Positions 25,246 through 37,983 of a stretch of DNA of 64,000 bases are shown one piece after another. A program made the position numbers and the translations under genes. Positions within the stretch are counted from its first letter, which is position 1; each line of letters begins with the position of its first letter. Source of the DNA: Stegostoma tigrinum (Eukaryota); NCBI RefSeq assembly GCF_030684315.1, contig NC_081366.1, positions 7,440,001 to 7,504,000 on the forward strand. The letters run 5' to 3'. Under the pieces are notes generated by a model. It did no database searches and had not been told where the DNA came from. It was given only the letters and a program-made list of their open reading frames with translations.

Positions 25246-27608
25246 CTACTCTGGCAAAGTTGAAATAAAAGGCTTCAAGTACAAAAAATCAGTCTTAGAA
25301 GATTGTGGAGACAAACAAACCGCATAACGATACGGGTCAGCGTTGGGACCAAATTCGCCAACACCAGGAGAATTTAAAGGATCTGTTGGTCCAGTTCGCT
25401 CATTACACGAATAATCTAAATCGTCCCGTGTGCAGCAGCATACTGCGGATTTGTAATCTTCATTGATATTTCTATCCTGTTTACATTTGATTCCAACTAG
25501 GAAAATTATAGTCACAAGAAATATTAACGTAGTCGAACCTAAAGCCACGATTAAATAGAGATTTAAATCGGATATATCTTCAGGATTTCTAGCAAAGCTT
25601 TTACTTTCAGAGAATTGTTCTGTAACATTAGCCAAGATTGAAAGGATGATTGTAACAGTGCTGGAGAGACTTGGCTGCCCATTGTCCTTCACCGAGACCA
25701 CTAACCGTTGCCTGGAGGCGTCTTGCCCCAAAATATTTCGGGCTGTTCTGATTTCTCCAGAGTTAGGCGCTACAGTGAACAGTGGGTTTTAGGACTTGAT
25801 AAAGCAGTCGTGCGTTCTGACCTGAATCAGCGTCTTTGTAACCAAATAACCCTGGCCCGCTGACTGAGGCGCGATCACCTCCGCTGCTAATCCATTCTGG
25901 GGTGAGGGTGAAACGATGACTGGAGCGTTATCATTTTGATCCAGGATAATCACATTGATTGTTGTACTGCTGTTTAGTGAAGGAACTCCAGCATCACGGG
26001 CTTGAACTCGGATCTGAAAGCTCTTCACTTGCTCATAGTCAAAACAGCGCAGGGCGTAAGCGTCGCCATTATTTGAGTCAATACTGATCAAAGAAGATGC
26101 TGGTAGATCTTGGATCTTGGTTTCCATTATGTCATAGGAAACAAATGAATTCCCGTCCACGTCTGCATCCAGAGCAGTGACTTTGAAAACCGATGCACCG
26201 GGCTCATTGTTTGCCATCACGTACACCGTGTACGACATCTGGGTAAATTGTGGCACATTATCATTCACATCAGAAACCGAAATCCGGATGGTTACATTTG
26301 TTGATAGTGGGGGAGATCCAGAATCTCTTGCTAAGAATAATATGTGATAATTGGAAACTGTTTCGCGATCCAGCAAGCCGCTTGTAATGAGTTTGTAATG
26401 GTTACTGGAAGATTCTTGAAGCTTAAACGGGATGAGCTTTGAAATCTGACAGTTTACTCGCCCGTTTTTACCAGAATCCTGATCCATTACATTGATCAAT
26501 GATATCAAAGTTCCTGGCGCAACATCCTCTGAGAGAGTGATGGATACTGGTGTTACCTTTATCTCAGGGGCGTTGTCATTCACATCAATGACCTTAATGA
26601 GGACTTTGGAATGTCCGGTAATTGAGGGTGAGCCGTTGTCCACAGCTTGTACATCAAGTGAATAACTGTTTGCTTCTTCAAAATCGACCTTTCCTTGCAC
26701 TTTGATCTCGCCCGTTTTGGGTTCAAACGGAATAATTCTCTCACTCGTGGAGAGGCAAGTTTGCTGAAAGAATAGGTTACTTCCGCATTCGAGCCTTGGT
26801 CCAAATCATTGGCGCTGACCTTGATCACCAAGGTTCCCCTAGGTGAGTTTTCTGCTAAGCTACTCCTGTAAATTGTACGATCAAAAACTGGTGAGTTATC
26901 ATTACTATCCAGAACGGTAATGAGGATCTGAACGGTACCAGACCTGGGAGGAGTCCCACCATCATTGGCAGTCAATACGAGCTGAAAGGACTGATCCTGC
27001 TCGCGGTCCAGAGCTTTCTTCAACAGTAATTCGACAATTTTAACGCCGTCCTCCATAGTCTGCACATTTAGGCCGAAATACTGGTTGGAACTGATTGTAT
27101 AAGCAGTGACAGTATTTATTCCAACGTCCGGATCCTTCGCACTCTCGAGTGGGAAGCGTGCCCCTGGTGCAATTGATTCGGCCATGTGGAGGGTAATGCT
27201 GCTATCCGTGAAACGGGGCGCATTATCATTTATATCCAAAATCTCCACTTCACCACGATAAATCTCGAAAGGATTTTCTACTACCACTTCAAAAGGAAGA
27301 ATACATCTAACGACTGGTCCACAGATATGTTCCCTGTCGATTCTTTCGCGAATGGATAAATCCCCATTATCCGCACTAACCTTCATATACTGGCTTCCAG
27401 TATCAGAGGCGATTCGGAATTTGCGAGCTGACAGTTGCCGTGTGTTCAATCCCAAGTCTCGAGCGACATTCCCAATTAAAGCATCTGGTTCCAGTTCCTC
27501 AAGAAGCGAATAACGAATTTGTCCAAAACTCAAATCTGGTGTACTTATCAGAAAAATCAAAACGAGCGTTTTGATTGCTAAGGCCTCATTGCTCTGTAAA
27601 TTCGCCAT
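25246..27608 (-). pseudogene. Clustered protocadherin gene C, disrupted
   Basis: Three ORF pieces (27608-26580, 26700-25789, 25731-25246) together rebuild a full Pcdh. Versus paralogues: 1-bp loss in the T-run at 26715-26718, ~13-bp deletion at ~25834, ~11-bp deletion at ~25780, in-frame TAA at 25789-25791. Confidence 0.88.
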
Positions 27609-27785
27609 TGTTCTGGACTGAATGTTTTACTAAGCCAGGCCTGTCGTCTATTAAACGGCAGTCTAAGCATAAATTATATACACCAAAGTAGAATGTATAA
27701 AGTTGCGATTTTGATCTCGTCTCCGCAACCTAGACAGAGGAAATGCTCTCTTCTGTGGTAGACCCTGGTCTCTGGCAGTGATGAG

Positions 27786-27883
27786 GGAGGGACGATAGAT
27801 CTAACGCTGTATTTGACTTTCTTATTGGTACACAGCGACACAACCAGCCCTTTTCTACAATTACATCAACATTTCTTAAAGCT
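27786..27883 (-). promoter_or_regulatory. Pcdh promoter module of gene C (intact)
   Basis: GATC 27798, ATTGG 27824, AGCG 27834, CTTAAAGC 27875. Confidence 0.85.
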
Positions 27884-28415
27884 AGTATGTCCTCGTGTAT
27901 GTTTAAAATTGGACAACCGTAAAATCAACGGGGTCGGCTTACTTTGGAATATCACCTTCAAAGGCTACTAAAATCGTTTTAAAGCGTAATTTATCATAAA
28001 AATGTGGAACTGTTTACTAATTCACGGCCAAAATAATAAGTCATCACCATTTGGTACCGAATAAATCACGTGGGCCATCTTCTTCAAATATGATTCCAAA
28101 AATCTGGAACTTAGGAATCTCAGAAAAATGAAAGGCCCATAAACAAAAGACACAGATGTCAAAAATGGTCTTCTAATAAGTTAAGAATATGTAATTATCT
28201 TGGCTTGTTTGATGCATTTGTTTCCAGATCACGTCTCATTAATAATCCGAAAGCCATGTCCCTGATAGGCATGCTTCAGATTCTAGATATTCAAACTGAA
28301 GCTCAACTTTCAGGCAAATTGACAGGAACGCTAGAAGAATCTAAGGAAAATCCAAAACACAACCAAGTAACTTTGAGGATCCACATTAAAATCCATGAAC
28401 AAAGGTGTGGCTGAT

Positions 28416-28505
28416 AGATAACAAGGTGTAGACCTGGAAGAACACAACAGGTCAAGCAGCATCAGCAGGAAAGCTGATGTTTCGGGTCTAGACATTACTT
28501 CAGAA
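28416..28505 (-). mobile_element. Penelope-like terminal-repeat fragment
   Basis: GATAACAAGGTGTAGACCTGGAAGAACAC...GATGTTTCGGGTCTAGAC...CTTCAG. Confidence 0.7.
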
Positions 28506-29612
28506 AAAAACATGTTTTGCCATCTTGTCTAGCAAAGACAATGGAAACTTGTAAAATGATGACAAAATCCAATGAACGAAAATCAGTTCATGCTCTATCC
28601 TATCAATATCTAACTATCGAAAACTTTGTGCAAAGAGCATTTTTATCAGTAAATACCAAGCAATATAAAAATGCAATATTTGACAGCAGGGTGCAAAAAA
28701 TAGGATTCTAAATAATTATCAAGACTTGTACTTTACTGAAACGAAATATAAAGTCAACTTTCATGTTTCATTCATCAGGGCTAGGACACAAGAATTTAAG
28801 TTTTGAATGGGAACTCCAGTTTTTACAGTAATGAAATAACCTGCTTATTAGTTTGTTCGCTGTTCGTTTGGCTATGCAGTAGGAACATGTAATTGTCCAT
28901 TTCTTCTCCGAGCAGATAAATCGATTCTGGCAACAGAAAGAGGTTTTCGATGGCAGCACCGTGAACAATCAAAGTTTACCTATCTGCACTGAGGACTAGG
29001 ATTGACAAGTATCCATTCTTGCTGCGTCTCGAAACTCTCTTGTTGTATAAACATTTGTTGTTATCCAAGTAAAAGTAAAGTAATATGGATGTCTAAAATA
29101 TAAATTGAAACAAAAAACGCTAGCAAAACTCGAAAAGTTTGACAGCATCGGTGGAGAGTGAAACAGTTTGTTTATTTTCAAGTTTCTGATGTGACTTCTT
29201 CAGAGTGCCAAAGCAACTAAATACATAATTCTATTTTGTTTTTTCCATAGCTGCTCCTGGAGCCTGTGAGTTTCTCCGCCACTCTCTGTTTTTATTCATT
29301 TTCCAAATGCTGGTTTCTAGCATTGTGGCTCTGATGGGCAAGAGATGAAATGTTTTGACTTTATTTCTCTTTCTGGTGAAGCTTAATTATGGTCCTATCG
29401 ATATGATTTCTTGTCATAACGTTTCCTTCGCAAAAATCTTTGCAGTTTACTTAGCTGACACGTCAGTTTGTGCGTAACAAACCGAAGTCTTTTCTTGAAG
29501 TGAAAAATGGCAAATGCAATTCAGCTGAAATTGTAGTATTGTCGCATTCAATCGTAAAACAGGCATCACAACAAACAAGGTAAATTCTCAACTCCCAAAA
29601 CTTCCAAAGAAA

Positions 29613-31997
29613 TTAGTGATGCCCCTGTGGCAAGGTAGGATTGCAAGGTTTTAGGAACAAAAAATCAGTCTTGGATGATTCTGGTGATAGACAGACAGTA
29701 TAACGATAAGTGTCAGAGATGGGGAGAGTTTGTCCACAGTAATTTTCAGAACCTTTTGGCACTGGTCTTTGACTATATCCATCAATGGAATCCTCTGGCT
29801 TATAACAACATATTGTGGGATTGCTTTCAGAAAAGTTCTTGTCTTGTTTGCATTTTATGCCCAAAAGTACAATGATAATTACAAGTAATAAAAACGATGT
29901 TGATCCTAATGTGACGATCAAATAAAGATTTAAGTGGGAAAATTGTTCAGTATCCCTGATTAAGTCGTTGCTTTCTGAAGATATTTCAGTAAGGTTGCCA
30001 AAAAGCAACAAGACGATTGTAGCGGTGCTGGAGAGGGTGGGCTGTCCATTATCCCTCACCAAGATGATCAGAGATTGAGTGGCTGCATCTTGCTCCAGAA
30101 TGCCACGGGCTGTTCTGATTTCGCCCGTGTTAAGCCCCACGTTGAACAATCTGGGGTCAGTGGCTCTCACTACCTGGTAGAATAGCCGTGCGTTCTGACC
30201 AGAATCGGCATCAGTTGCGATTATCTTGGTGACCAAATAATTTTGTCCCGCTGACTGAGGGACAATCACCTCTGCTGCTGATCCACTCTGTGCTGAGGGT
30301 GAAACGATGACTGGTGCGTTGTCATTTTGATCCAGGATAATCACATTGACTGTTGCGCTGCTGCTCAGTGGAGGAATTCCAGCATCACGGGCTTGAACTT
30401 GGACCTGGAAGCTCTTCACTTGCTCATAGTCAAAAGATCGCAGTGCGTAAATGGTCCCGCTCACCGAATTAATTTTAAGGTAGGTAGACGCCGGCGAATC
30501 TCGAAGGATCTCTTTGAAAGAATAAGAGACATAGGAATTCTGATCCACATCGGGGTCGGTCGCAGTAACTGTGAAAATAGAAGCACCTGGCAAGTTATTC
30601 TCTGTCACATAAACTGTATAAGTGCGTCGTGCAAACATTGGAGCATTATCATTTTCGTCAAAAACAGAAATCTGGACGGTTTTATTTGATGATAGTGGGG
30701 GCCTCCCTGAGTCCCAGGCTAAAATAGATAGGTTATATCCAGGAGTAACTTCGCGATCCAGTGACGCAGTGGTTATCAGTTTATAATGGGTACTTGAAGT
30801 TGTTTGAAGTTCAAAAGGAACTTTCTTCGGGACTTCACAGTGCACCTGTCCATTTTTTCCACTATCACGATCTATTACGTCGATCAAAGCGATTACAGTC
30901 CCAAGAGTAGCACTTTCTGGAATTATGCTAACCACAGACGTCAATAAAATTTCAGGGGCATTGTCATTCATATCAATTACCTTAATCATGACTTTGCAAT
31001 GTCCTGAAATTGCAGGTGAACCATTGTCCACAGCTTGAAGATCTAGCGAATACGTGTTGCCTTCTTCATAATCAATTATGCCATTGATTCTAATCTCTCC
31101 TGTTCGCGGATCCAAACTGAACAATTCATGTACTTTCTTTAAAACACGGTTACTGAAAGTATAGGTTACCTCAGCATTAGAACCTTCGTCTGGATCAGTG
31201 GCACGGACTGTAGCCACCAAGGTACCCCTGGGTGCGTTCTCTATCAGGTCGACCCTGTAAATTTTGCGATCGAATACCGGCGCGTTATCGTTGCTGTCCA
31301 GCACCGTAATGAGAATGCGAGCAGTCCCGGATCTGGGAGGACTCCCTCCGTCGGTAGCTGTCAGCATCAGCTGAAAGGATGACTGGCTTTCGCGGTCCAA
31401 CGGTTTCCCCAACAACAGCTCGACAATTGTAGCACCGTCTTCGGCAGTCTCCGCTTGTAGACTGAAGTGTGCATTTGGGCTCAGGTTATAAGTCGTGACT
31501 GTATTTATGCCCATGTCTGGATCGAGAGCGCTCTCTAGCGGAAATCGGGAGCCTATAGCAATGGATTCCGCCATTTGTAAGAGGATGGTATTCTCCCGGA
31601 ATCTGGGCGAATTATCATTGATATCAATAACCTCCACTTCACCGCGGTACATCTCCAAAGGTTGTTCTACTACAATCTCAAATGGAAGAACACAAACTGA
31701 TATCTGTCCACACAGTTCCTCTCGATCTATCCTTTCCTTAGTAAATAAAATACCCGTCTCCATATTCACCTCCAGGCACTGTCTTTTACTAGCAGACGCC
31801 AGCCGGAATTGTCGAGCTGACAGCCTGCGAATGTCCAATCCTAAATCCTCTGCGACATTTCCAACGAAAGAGCCAGGTTCCATTTCCTCGCGAATGGAGT
31901 AGCGAATATTTCCGAAAGCCAAGTCTGACAAATGTACAAGTAACATTAAATTGAATAGTTTGTATTTTAAGGCGGTGATGCATGATGGCCCTGCCAT
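29613..31997 (-). CDS. Clustered protocadherin, gene D (794 aa from ATG 31997)
   Basis: Intact ORF. Likely start MAGPSC at 31997 in the shared ACAATGG context. Six EC repeats, TM, tail YRYTVCLSPESSKTDFLFLKP. Confidence 0.95.
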   Translation of the reverse strand: MAGPSCITALKYKLFNLMLLVHLSDLAFGNIRYSIREEMEPGSFVGNVAEDLGLDIRRLSARQFRLASASKRQCLEVNMETGILFTKERIDREELCGQISVCVLPFEIVVEQPLEMYRGEVEVIDINDNSPRFRENTILLQMAESIAIGSRFPLESALDPDMGINTVTTYNLSPNAHFSLQAETAEDGATIVELLLGKPLDRESQSSFQLMLTATDGGSPPRSGTARILITVLDSNDNAPVFDRKIYRVDLIENAPRGTLVATVRATDPDEGSNAEVTYTFSNRVLKKVHELFSLDPRTGEIRINGIIDYEEGNTYSLDLQAVDNGSPAISGHCKVMIKVIDMNDNAPEILLTSVVSIIPESATLGTVIALIDVIDRDSGKNGQVHCEVPKKVPFELQTTSSTHYKLITTASLDREVTPGYNLSILAWDSGRPPLSSNKTVQISVFDENDNAPMFARRTYTVYVTENNLPGASIFTVTATDPDVDQNSYVSYSFKEILRDSPASTYLKINSVSGTIYALRSFDYEQVKSFQVQVQARDAGIPPLSSSATVNVIILDQNDNAPVIVSPSAQSGSAAEVIVPQSAGQNYLVTKIIATDADSGQNARLFYQVVRATDPRLFNVGLNTGEIRTARGILEQDAATQSLIILVRDNGQPTLSSTATIVLLLFGNLTEISSESNDLIRDTEQFSHLNLYLIVTLGSTSFLLLVIIIVLLGIKCKQDKNFSESNPTICCYKPEDSIDGYSQRPVPKGSENYCGQTLPISDTYRYTVCLSPESSKTDFLFLKPCNPTLPQGHH

Positions 31998-32170
31998 TGT
32001 CAGCTGTATTTTGGAGGCGCGAAAAAACAAAACGACACTCTATAAAGGGCAAGAGCAGGCCAATCATATAGCACAGATTATCGGATGTATCCAAAAGCCG
32101 AAGGTGAATTCACTTTTGTCCCGCAAAATGAACTAAAGCAGGATCTGTTTCAGTTCTTGTTTCGTGAGAC

Positions 32171-32271
32171 GGAGGAGGAGCAATAGATCTCCACCGGTAT
32201 TTGTGACCCTCATTGGTCTGCAGCGACACAGCGAGTCTCTGTCTCTAATTACACCAATTATCCTTAAAGCT
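32171..32271 (-). promoter_or_regulatory. Pcdh promoter module of gene D
   Basis: GATC 32186, ATTGG 32212, AGCG 32222 (second CAGCGA at 32229), CTTAAAGC 32263. Confidence 0.85.
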
Positions 32272-32754
32272 GCACTGCCCGTAATGTGAGGGCTGCCATC
32301 AGGAACAGCTTTTTCCTACTGTGCAACCATAATACACACAATCTGGCATAAACAGCAGTCCAATTCCTTTATTCGGTTTTTCTTTTTAAAGGCTATCATT
32401 AGTTCTTTCAAAGGAAACTTAGCACGGAATGTTCTCTTACAATCCATTAAGTTGTATATAATGTCCAATAAAACAATTTCTTATTTTGTGAAAGAAAAAC
32501 TATTCAATTTATAAATATTACATTTGAACTATGGTCGATGTTACAGTCAATTAAGGAAGACAGATTAGATTTAAAAGTTGTCAGTCTCCCCATTTCAGTT
32601 GCAGAGGACAAATTATTTCTTTTCAATCGAACCCTATATTTTGACCACAGCATTGTAAACTACATTTTTAAAATATAGCCTGTAGTAGAATAGCTCATTT
32701 TTCCAACAGGTAACTGCGAAGTACGACAGCAAAATGAATACCATCCTGTTACAA

Positions 32755-32897
32755 TTTGAATCAAGGGTTATGGGGATAAGGCAGGAACAGGATACTGATT
32801 GTGGATGATCAGCCATGATCATAATGAATGGTGGTGCTGGCTCGAAGGGCCGAATGGCCTACTCCAGCACCTATTGTCTATTGTCTATTGTCTATTG
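32755..32897 (+). mobile_element. CR1 3' end with (CTATTGT)n tail
   Basis: GATCAGCCATGATC...GGCTCGAAGGGCCGAATGGCCTACTCC followed by CTATTGT repeats. Confidence 0.8.
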
Positions 32898-34199
32898 ATA
32901 TGTAAGCGAACTTTAGAAACTCTGTTTTCACCTAGAAGATATTTTCAGACATCTTTATTCCGAATATGTACTGGAGTTTACTTGCATTTGTTATTCTAAA
33001 TACCACTTCATTCGATGTTAGGGCCGCAAAAGGATTAAATATTTTGAGATAACAGCAGCTGATGTGCTAAAATATATAAGGGAAATTGAATCATGACTTT
33101 GTATGGCAAGTCAGGTGTAGAATAATAAATACCGTTTTTGGAAAAGGACTGGTAAGATATGTAATCAAAGTAATCAATGCTATACTCGAATTTTCAAATG
33201 CACTTGCCAAGATGTAATTCCTGAGTGAACTACTAATCTAATGGGTTGTTTGGGATGGGTAATTACTATTGGCTTTGCTGACGTTTGACCTTATACCAAT
33301 ATCAGCTTAATGCCAGCGTTAAGCAAAACAGCTTCCCAGCAATGCTCAGAAAAGAGTGTGCCAGTTGGTTGTGATACGTCGCCGAGACTCTTATGGAGAA
33401 GATAAATATCTTCATTGGCCTATTGGACCGCAAGATCTGTTTACGTGCTGCACTTTCAATGTAAACAATGTTACTCTCTGTGGGTGCGCAAAACAATTGA
33501 ACGCAGCACAAATGTCATGTGGCCTATGTTGATTGAAAAATATTTCTCATCCCTTAGACTACTATATTAAAGATTTCTGATCTCAAAGTTTTTTATACCT
33601 ATTACACTAATATGTTATATATTAGCAACATTTTGTTTCAAAAAGATCGTGCCATTGCGAAGCAGCTCCGTGTGTGAAAGACGCCAGAGAGCTCTACTAT
33701 AACTGCCATGAATAGTTAAGATTTTGCATAAGGCCATTGTCAATGTTATAAATGAAAACCAACTCACTGGCCCTGATGACTAAAATAACAAACAGTAAAG
33801 AAACATTTCCACGTGCATTCACGTACAAATACCCTGAGGTCACCTGTGCAGCTGACCATTATTTTTGTGTCTGTCTTTATCAAGGAAGACGTTACTGTCC
33901 AAGTCAAGATGACAGAGAAGTTAGTTTGACATTTTACAGGTTTCAAAGTGATGATGAGAGGAGAAGATTTTGGTTAAATTGACTGTAATGAGTAGACTCC
34001 AGAGCTGGCTGCGATGTGGAAGCAAACTGTCCATAATTTTCCAAATTTGCTTAGGTACAGGGTGGTACCATAGGCCACGAGAATTGCAAGTGTTAGATAC
34101 TTGTTCAAGAATGAGTGTGAACCATAAAATAAGCCTGTCAGTTTTACTGCACTGACAGGCAGGCTTTTATAAGCAACAATTCACAGCAAAATAAATAGC

Positions 34200-35495
34200 C
34201 AATAAAATGTGGGTTAATTAAGCACAGTGAATGTAGATTTTGTGTTTATCTAACTTGCTTGAGCCTCTTTTTTTCCCTCAAGGCAATAGAGAATATTGAC
34301 ATAAGTAATGCTTGGAGGTGGTTTACATTGACTTACAGAATTTATTTAATAAAGTGCTACACAACAGACTTATGCGTAAAGTTAGGGCTCATGGAATAAA
34401 TGGATCAGTAGCAATGTGGGTACAAAATTGGCCAAATGATAGAAAACATTTATTTTTAACTGGTGCAAGGGGTTTTGTTAGGACCCCTGCTCCCCCTATG
34501 CACTTAATGGCCTAGAATTTGGTGTACAAGGTACAATTTCCAGAAGTCTACGTGACACAAAATTCGGAAACATTGTAAGTAGTGAGGAGGATAATATTAA
34601 ACTTTCAAGGGACGTTCATTAGTTAAGGAACTGAGGGCATTGTTGCTAAGTTTGCAGATGACAAAAGAAAATTGGGAGGCTGCAGAAGAATGTGGCCATG
34701 CAAGGAGAGTGGTTAAAGGAATGGCAGATAGAATACAATGTGGCAACGTGTGATGTTATGCACTTTGGTGGGAAGAATAGAGGCATAGACTATTTTCTAA
34801 GCTTCAGAAATCTGAAGCATAAAAGGACTTGGGAGACCTAGATCAGGATTCTCTTAAGATTAATATATAGGCTCAGTTGGCAATGAGGAAGAGAAAGGCA
34901 ATGTTAGCACACATTTCTAGAATACAAGAGCATAGATATATTTCTGAGGCTATTCAAGGCTCTGCTCAGACCACACTTGGAATGATCTAAACAGTTTTAG
35001 GCCTTGTATCTAGGGAAGGATATGATGGCTTTGGAGACGGTCTAAAGGATGCTTGCAAGAATGATCCTGGCGATGAAGGACTTGTCATTTGAATAGACGT
35101 TCAGGACTCTGGGTCTGTACTTGATGGAGTTTGGAAGGATGACGGGGCTATCATTGAAATTTATAGAGAACTGAGAAACCTGAATAGCGTCAACTGTTGA
35201 GAGATTAGGACCTGAGGGCCCAGCCTCAGGGTGATGGGGTGACCCTTTAGTATGGAGACAAGCAGGAATTTCTCCAGTTAGAGGTTAGTGAATCTGTGGA
35301 GTTCATTATTGCAGTGGGCAGTGGAGGTCTGGTTGTTGAGTGTATATAAGATAGGGAAAGATAGGTTCTTGATTAGTGATGGGGTTGTGGGGAGAATAGA
35401 GGAGAATGGGGTTGAGAAACATATCAGTCATTATTGAATAACTGAATTGATAGGCTAAATGGCCTAAATCTGCTCCTATATCTTATGGTCTTACG
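34200..35495 (+). mobile_element. CR1-like LINE fragments
   Basis: ORF 34312 EVVYIDLQNLFNKVLHNRL; KFADD remnant; ends in TCTTATGGTCTTA. Confidence 0.75.
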
Positions 35496-37669
35496 GTGTA
35501 AGTGTGACTCCAGGCCCACAGCAATGTGGTTGACCATTAACTTCCCTCTAGGAAATTAGGGCAATAAATACTGGCCTAGCCAGCAAAGCCAATACCATTG
35601 GCCATAAATAAATAAGTACAAAGACAAGTTGGTGGAATCATTTTGATAGGAAGAATGCAAAGAGGTTACAAAAATAAAGGAGAACCACATAATTGTACTT
35701 GAATTTTCAAACTGTATTTGATAATGTAGCACATAAGAGGATACATAAAAAAAGGATTCGTAAAATTGTGTTAATGCTTTGGCATGTTTTGAAGATTGGT
35801 TAATAACCAGTAAAATCAAAGTAAAAACAGAATGTGTAAGGTTTAGGAGGCTATAACAAAAAGGGTGCAGCAATGATTAGTATTTGAGCCTTACTATTTA
35901 CAATGCGTATAGACAACTTGATGAGTGCAATGTTTGCTGTAATTACAAAGTTAGGTGGGAAAGTAATTGGGAAAGAAAGATGAAGAGCATGCAAAGAAGC
36001 TGCAGAAGGATAATTTATGTAGGCTAAGTGAGAGTACAACATTGTAGCAGATGGGAGAAATGCACTAAAATGAAAAGCTCTGTACTTTGACAGAAAAAGA
36101 AAAAAGTTAATTTTTGAATGATAAATAAATCAGAAATGTTGATGTTCTGATGGGTTTGGGTATCCCGTGTGTAACTCACAGAAGATTAACATGCAGAGTA
36201 TACTAAAAGCAAAAAATCACGATAAAATGTTATTGACAAGGGAAAGTAGACAATAACATTGCGTATTAGAACTGACAACATACTCTCACTTAAGTATTAT
36301 AACTCGAAAGAAACAGTTTGTAAAAACATGATATTGTTTGCAAAAGATTTAAAACAGTTCATAAAAACGGTCTTAGCAACTAAACCTGAAATGAAGTATT
36401 ACTAATTTATTTCAGAAGTTCCAATTCTGTTTGAATTACTATTAAGCAAGTATCATGTTTACAACAAGAGCTGAACATAGTTGAGAAAATTGGACTTTTT
36501 ATTTTAAAATACCTTGTTGAAACCACATGCCTCATGGTGGAAGAGAGATGGAGGAAAAATGCATTAGCAATTTATAAAATGTGAAAAAGTCATGAAATGC
36601 TATTTATGATAGCTTAGAGATTTAGATTTAGGTTAAGGAGCAAGAAGTTTAGAGAAGATACCAAGAAAACATTTTGTCACCCAACGAGCGATTAGAATCT
36701 CGATCTCATTGCCTGTAGGAGTGGTAGATGCAGAAAACCTCATAACAATTAAGAAGTATTCAAAAGTACACTTGCGATGCCAAGGCATACAAGAATCTGG
36801 ACTAAGTGCGGGAAAATGGGATTGGAATACTTAAGAGGTTATTTTTGACCACCAAACTCTCGTTGGGATATCGGGCCTTTTTGATCTGGACCTGAATGAT
36901 TTCATGACTGTAAGAGATTGCAGCTAGATGAATAAACAAGATGACAGGTGGAAGGAGATTGCTCAGACTATTTCTTATTTGGCACACAGAAATGTCAGCT
37001 GAACTGAGGGAATCCCTAGATATAGAAATGGAGAATTATCTACAACAGATGAGGGAAGAAAGTAGCAAAAGCAATAATAATCTTAACAAGCAAATTTTAT
37101 ACAATAGTTACGAAAAATGAATAATTAAACCAGACAAAGCCTAAAGTAACAGATTAAGCAAAATCTAATTTTGGCGGGATAAGATGGGAACTACAAAAGC
37201 AAGACTGGAAAAAGCTTATTGGATAAAGAAATAGAGCAAGGGGTAGCAACATGATTCAGGAGAAATATGTTCCATTATGAACAAAAGCAAACTTGTTAAT
37301 ACTGAAACGCCATGCCTAAATAAATAAGGTTACAACTGAAGCCAAAGGGAAAAAAAGACATATTAAGTACATGAAGCAAAAAGGGATAGCAAAACGGAAA
37401 TATGGAAAATAGAAATATGTTCTGATGATGCAACTTTGTCGAACAGATGCATCTGGGATTCAATTTTTTTTCATCAACTCACAACACTACCACACCCATG
37501 TCTGAGAGGAACTTCGACCTTGTTTGGCACATTTCCTAAACTTTTGCTGTTTGCCTCTCTTGCTGGGGGTCCCCATGCCCTCGCCTTACACTCGATTTAA
37601 TTTCTGTATTCAGTCACTACTTCTCTATTATTTCCACCACGTCAGTACAATGCCACAACCAAGTACATT

Positions 37670-37983
37670 TTAGAATCCCTACAGTGTGGAAACAGGTCCT
37701 TCAGCCCAACAATTCCACGCCGACCTTTGGAGCACCCCATCAGGCCCATTTCCCTATAACCCCCTAGTGTACACATCCCCGAACACTATGGGCAATTTAG
37801 CGTGGCTAATCCACATAGCCTGCCTACCTTTGAGCTATGGAAGGAAACCGGAGAAACTGGGGAAAGCCTACGCAGACGTGGGGAGAACGTGCAAACTCCA
37901 CACAGACAGTCGCCCAAGAGTGGAATCGAACCCAGGTCCTTGGTGCCGTGAGGCAGCAGTGCTAACCACTGAGCCACTGCACA
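37670..37983 (-). mobile_element. HE1/V-SINE-type SINE inside an old Penelope-like relic (~37430-38480)
   Basis: Reverse complement of the SINE at 3324; flanks resemble decayed Penelope ORF sequence. Confidence 0.8.

Noticed and set aside
8915-29370. AATAAA hexamers downstream of genes (~8920, 25064, 29291, 29360 on minus strand)
   Set aside because: Expected by chance in AT-rich DNA and not at consistent positions; cannot be called as poly(A) sites.
31998-32030. 11-aa N-terminal extension of gene D in the ORF track
   Set aside because: It uses a non-ATG start; ATG 31997 matches the ACAATGG context and position of the paralogues.
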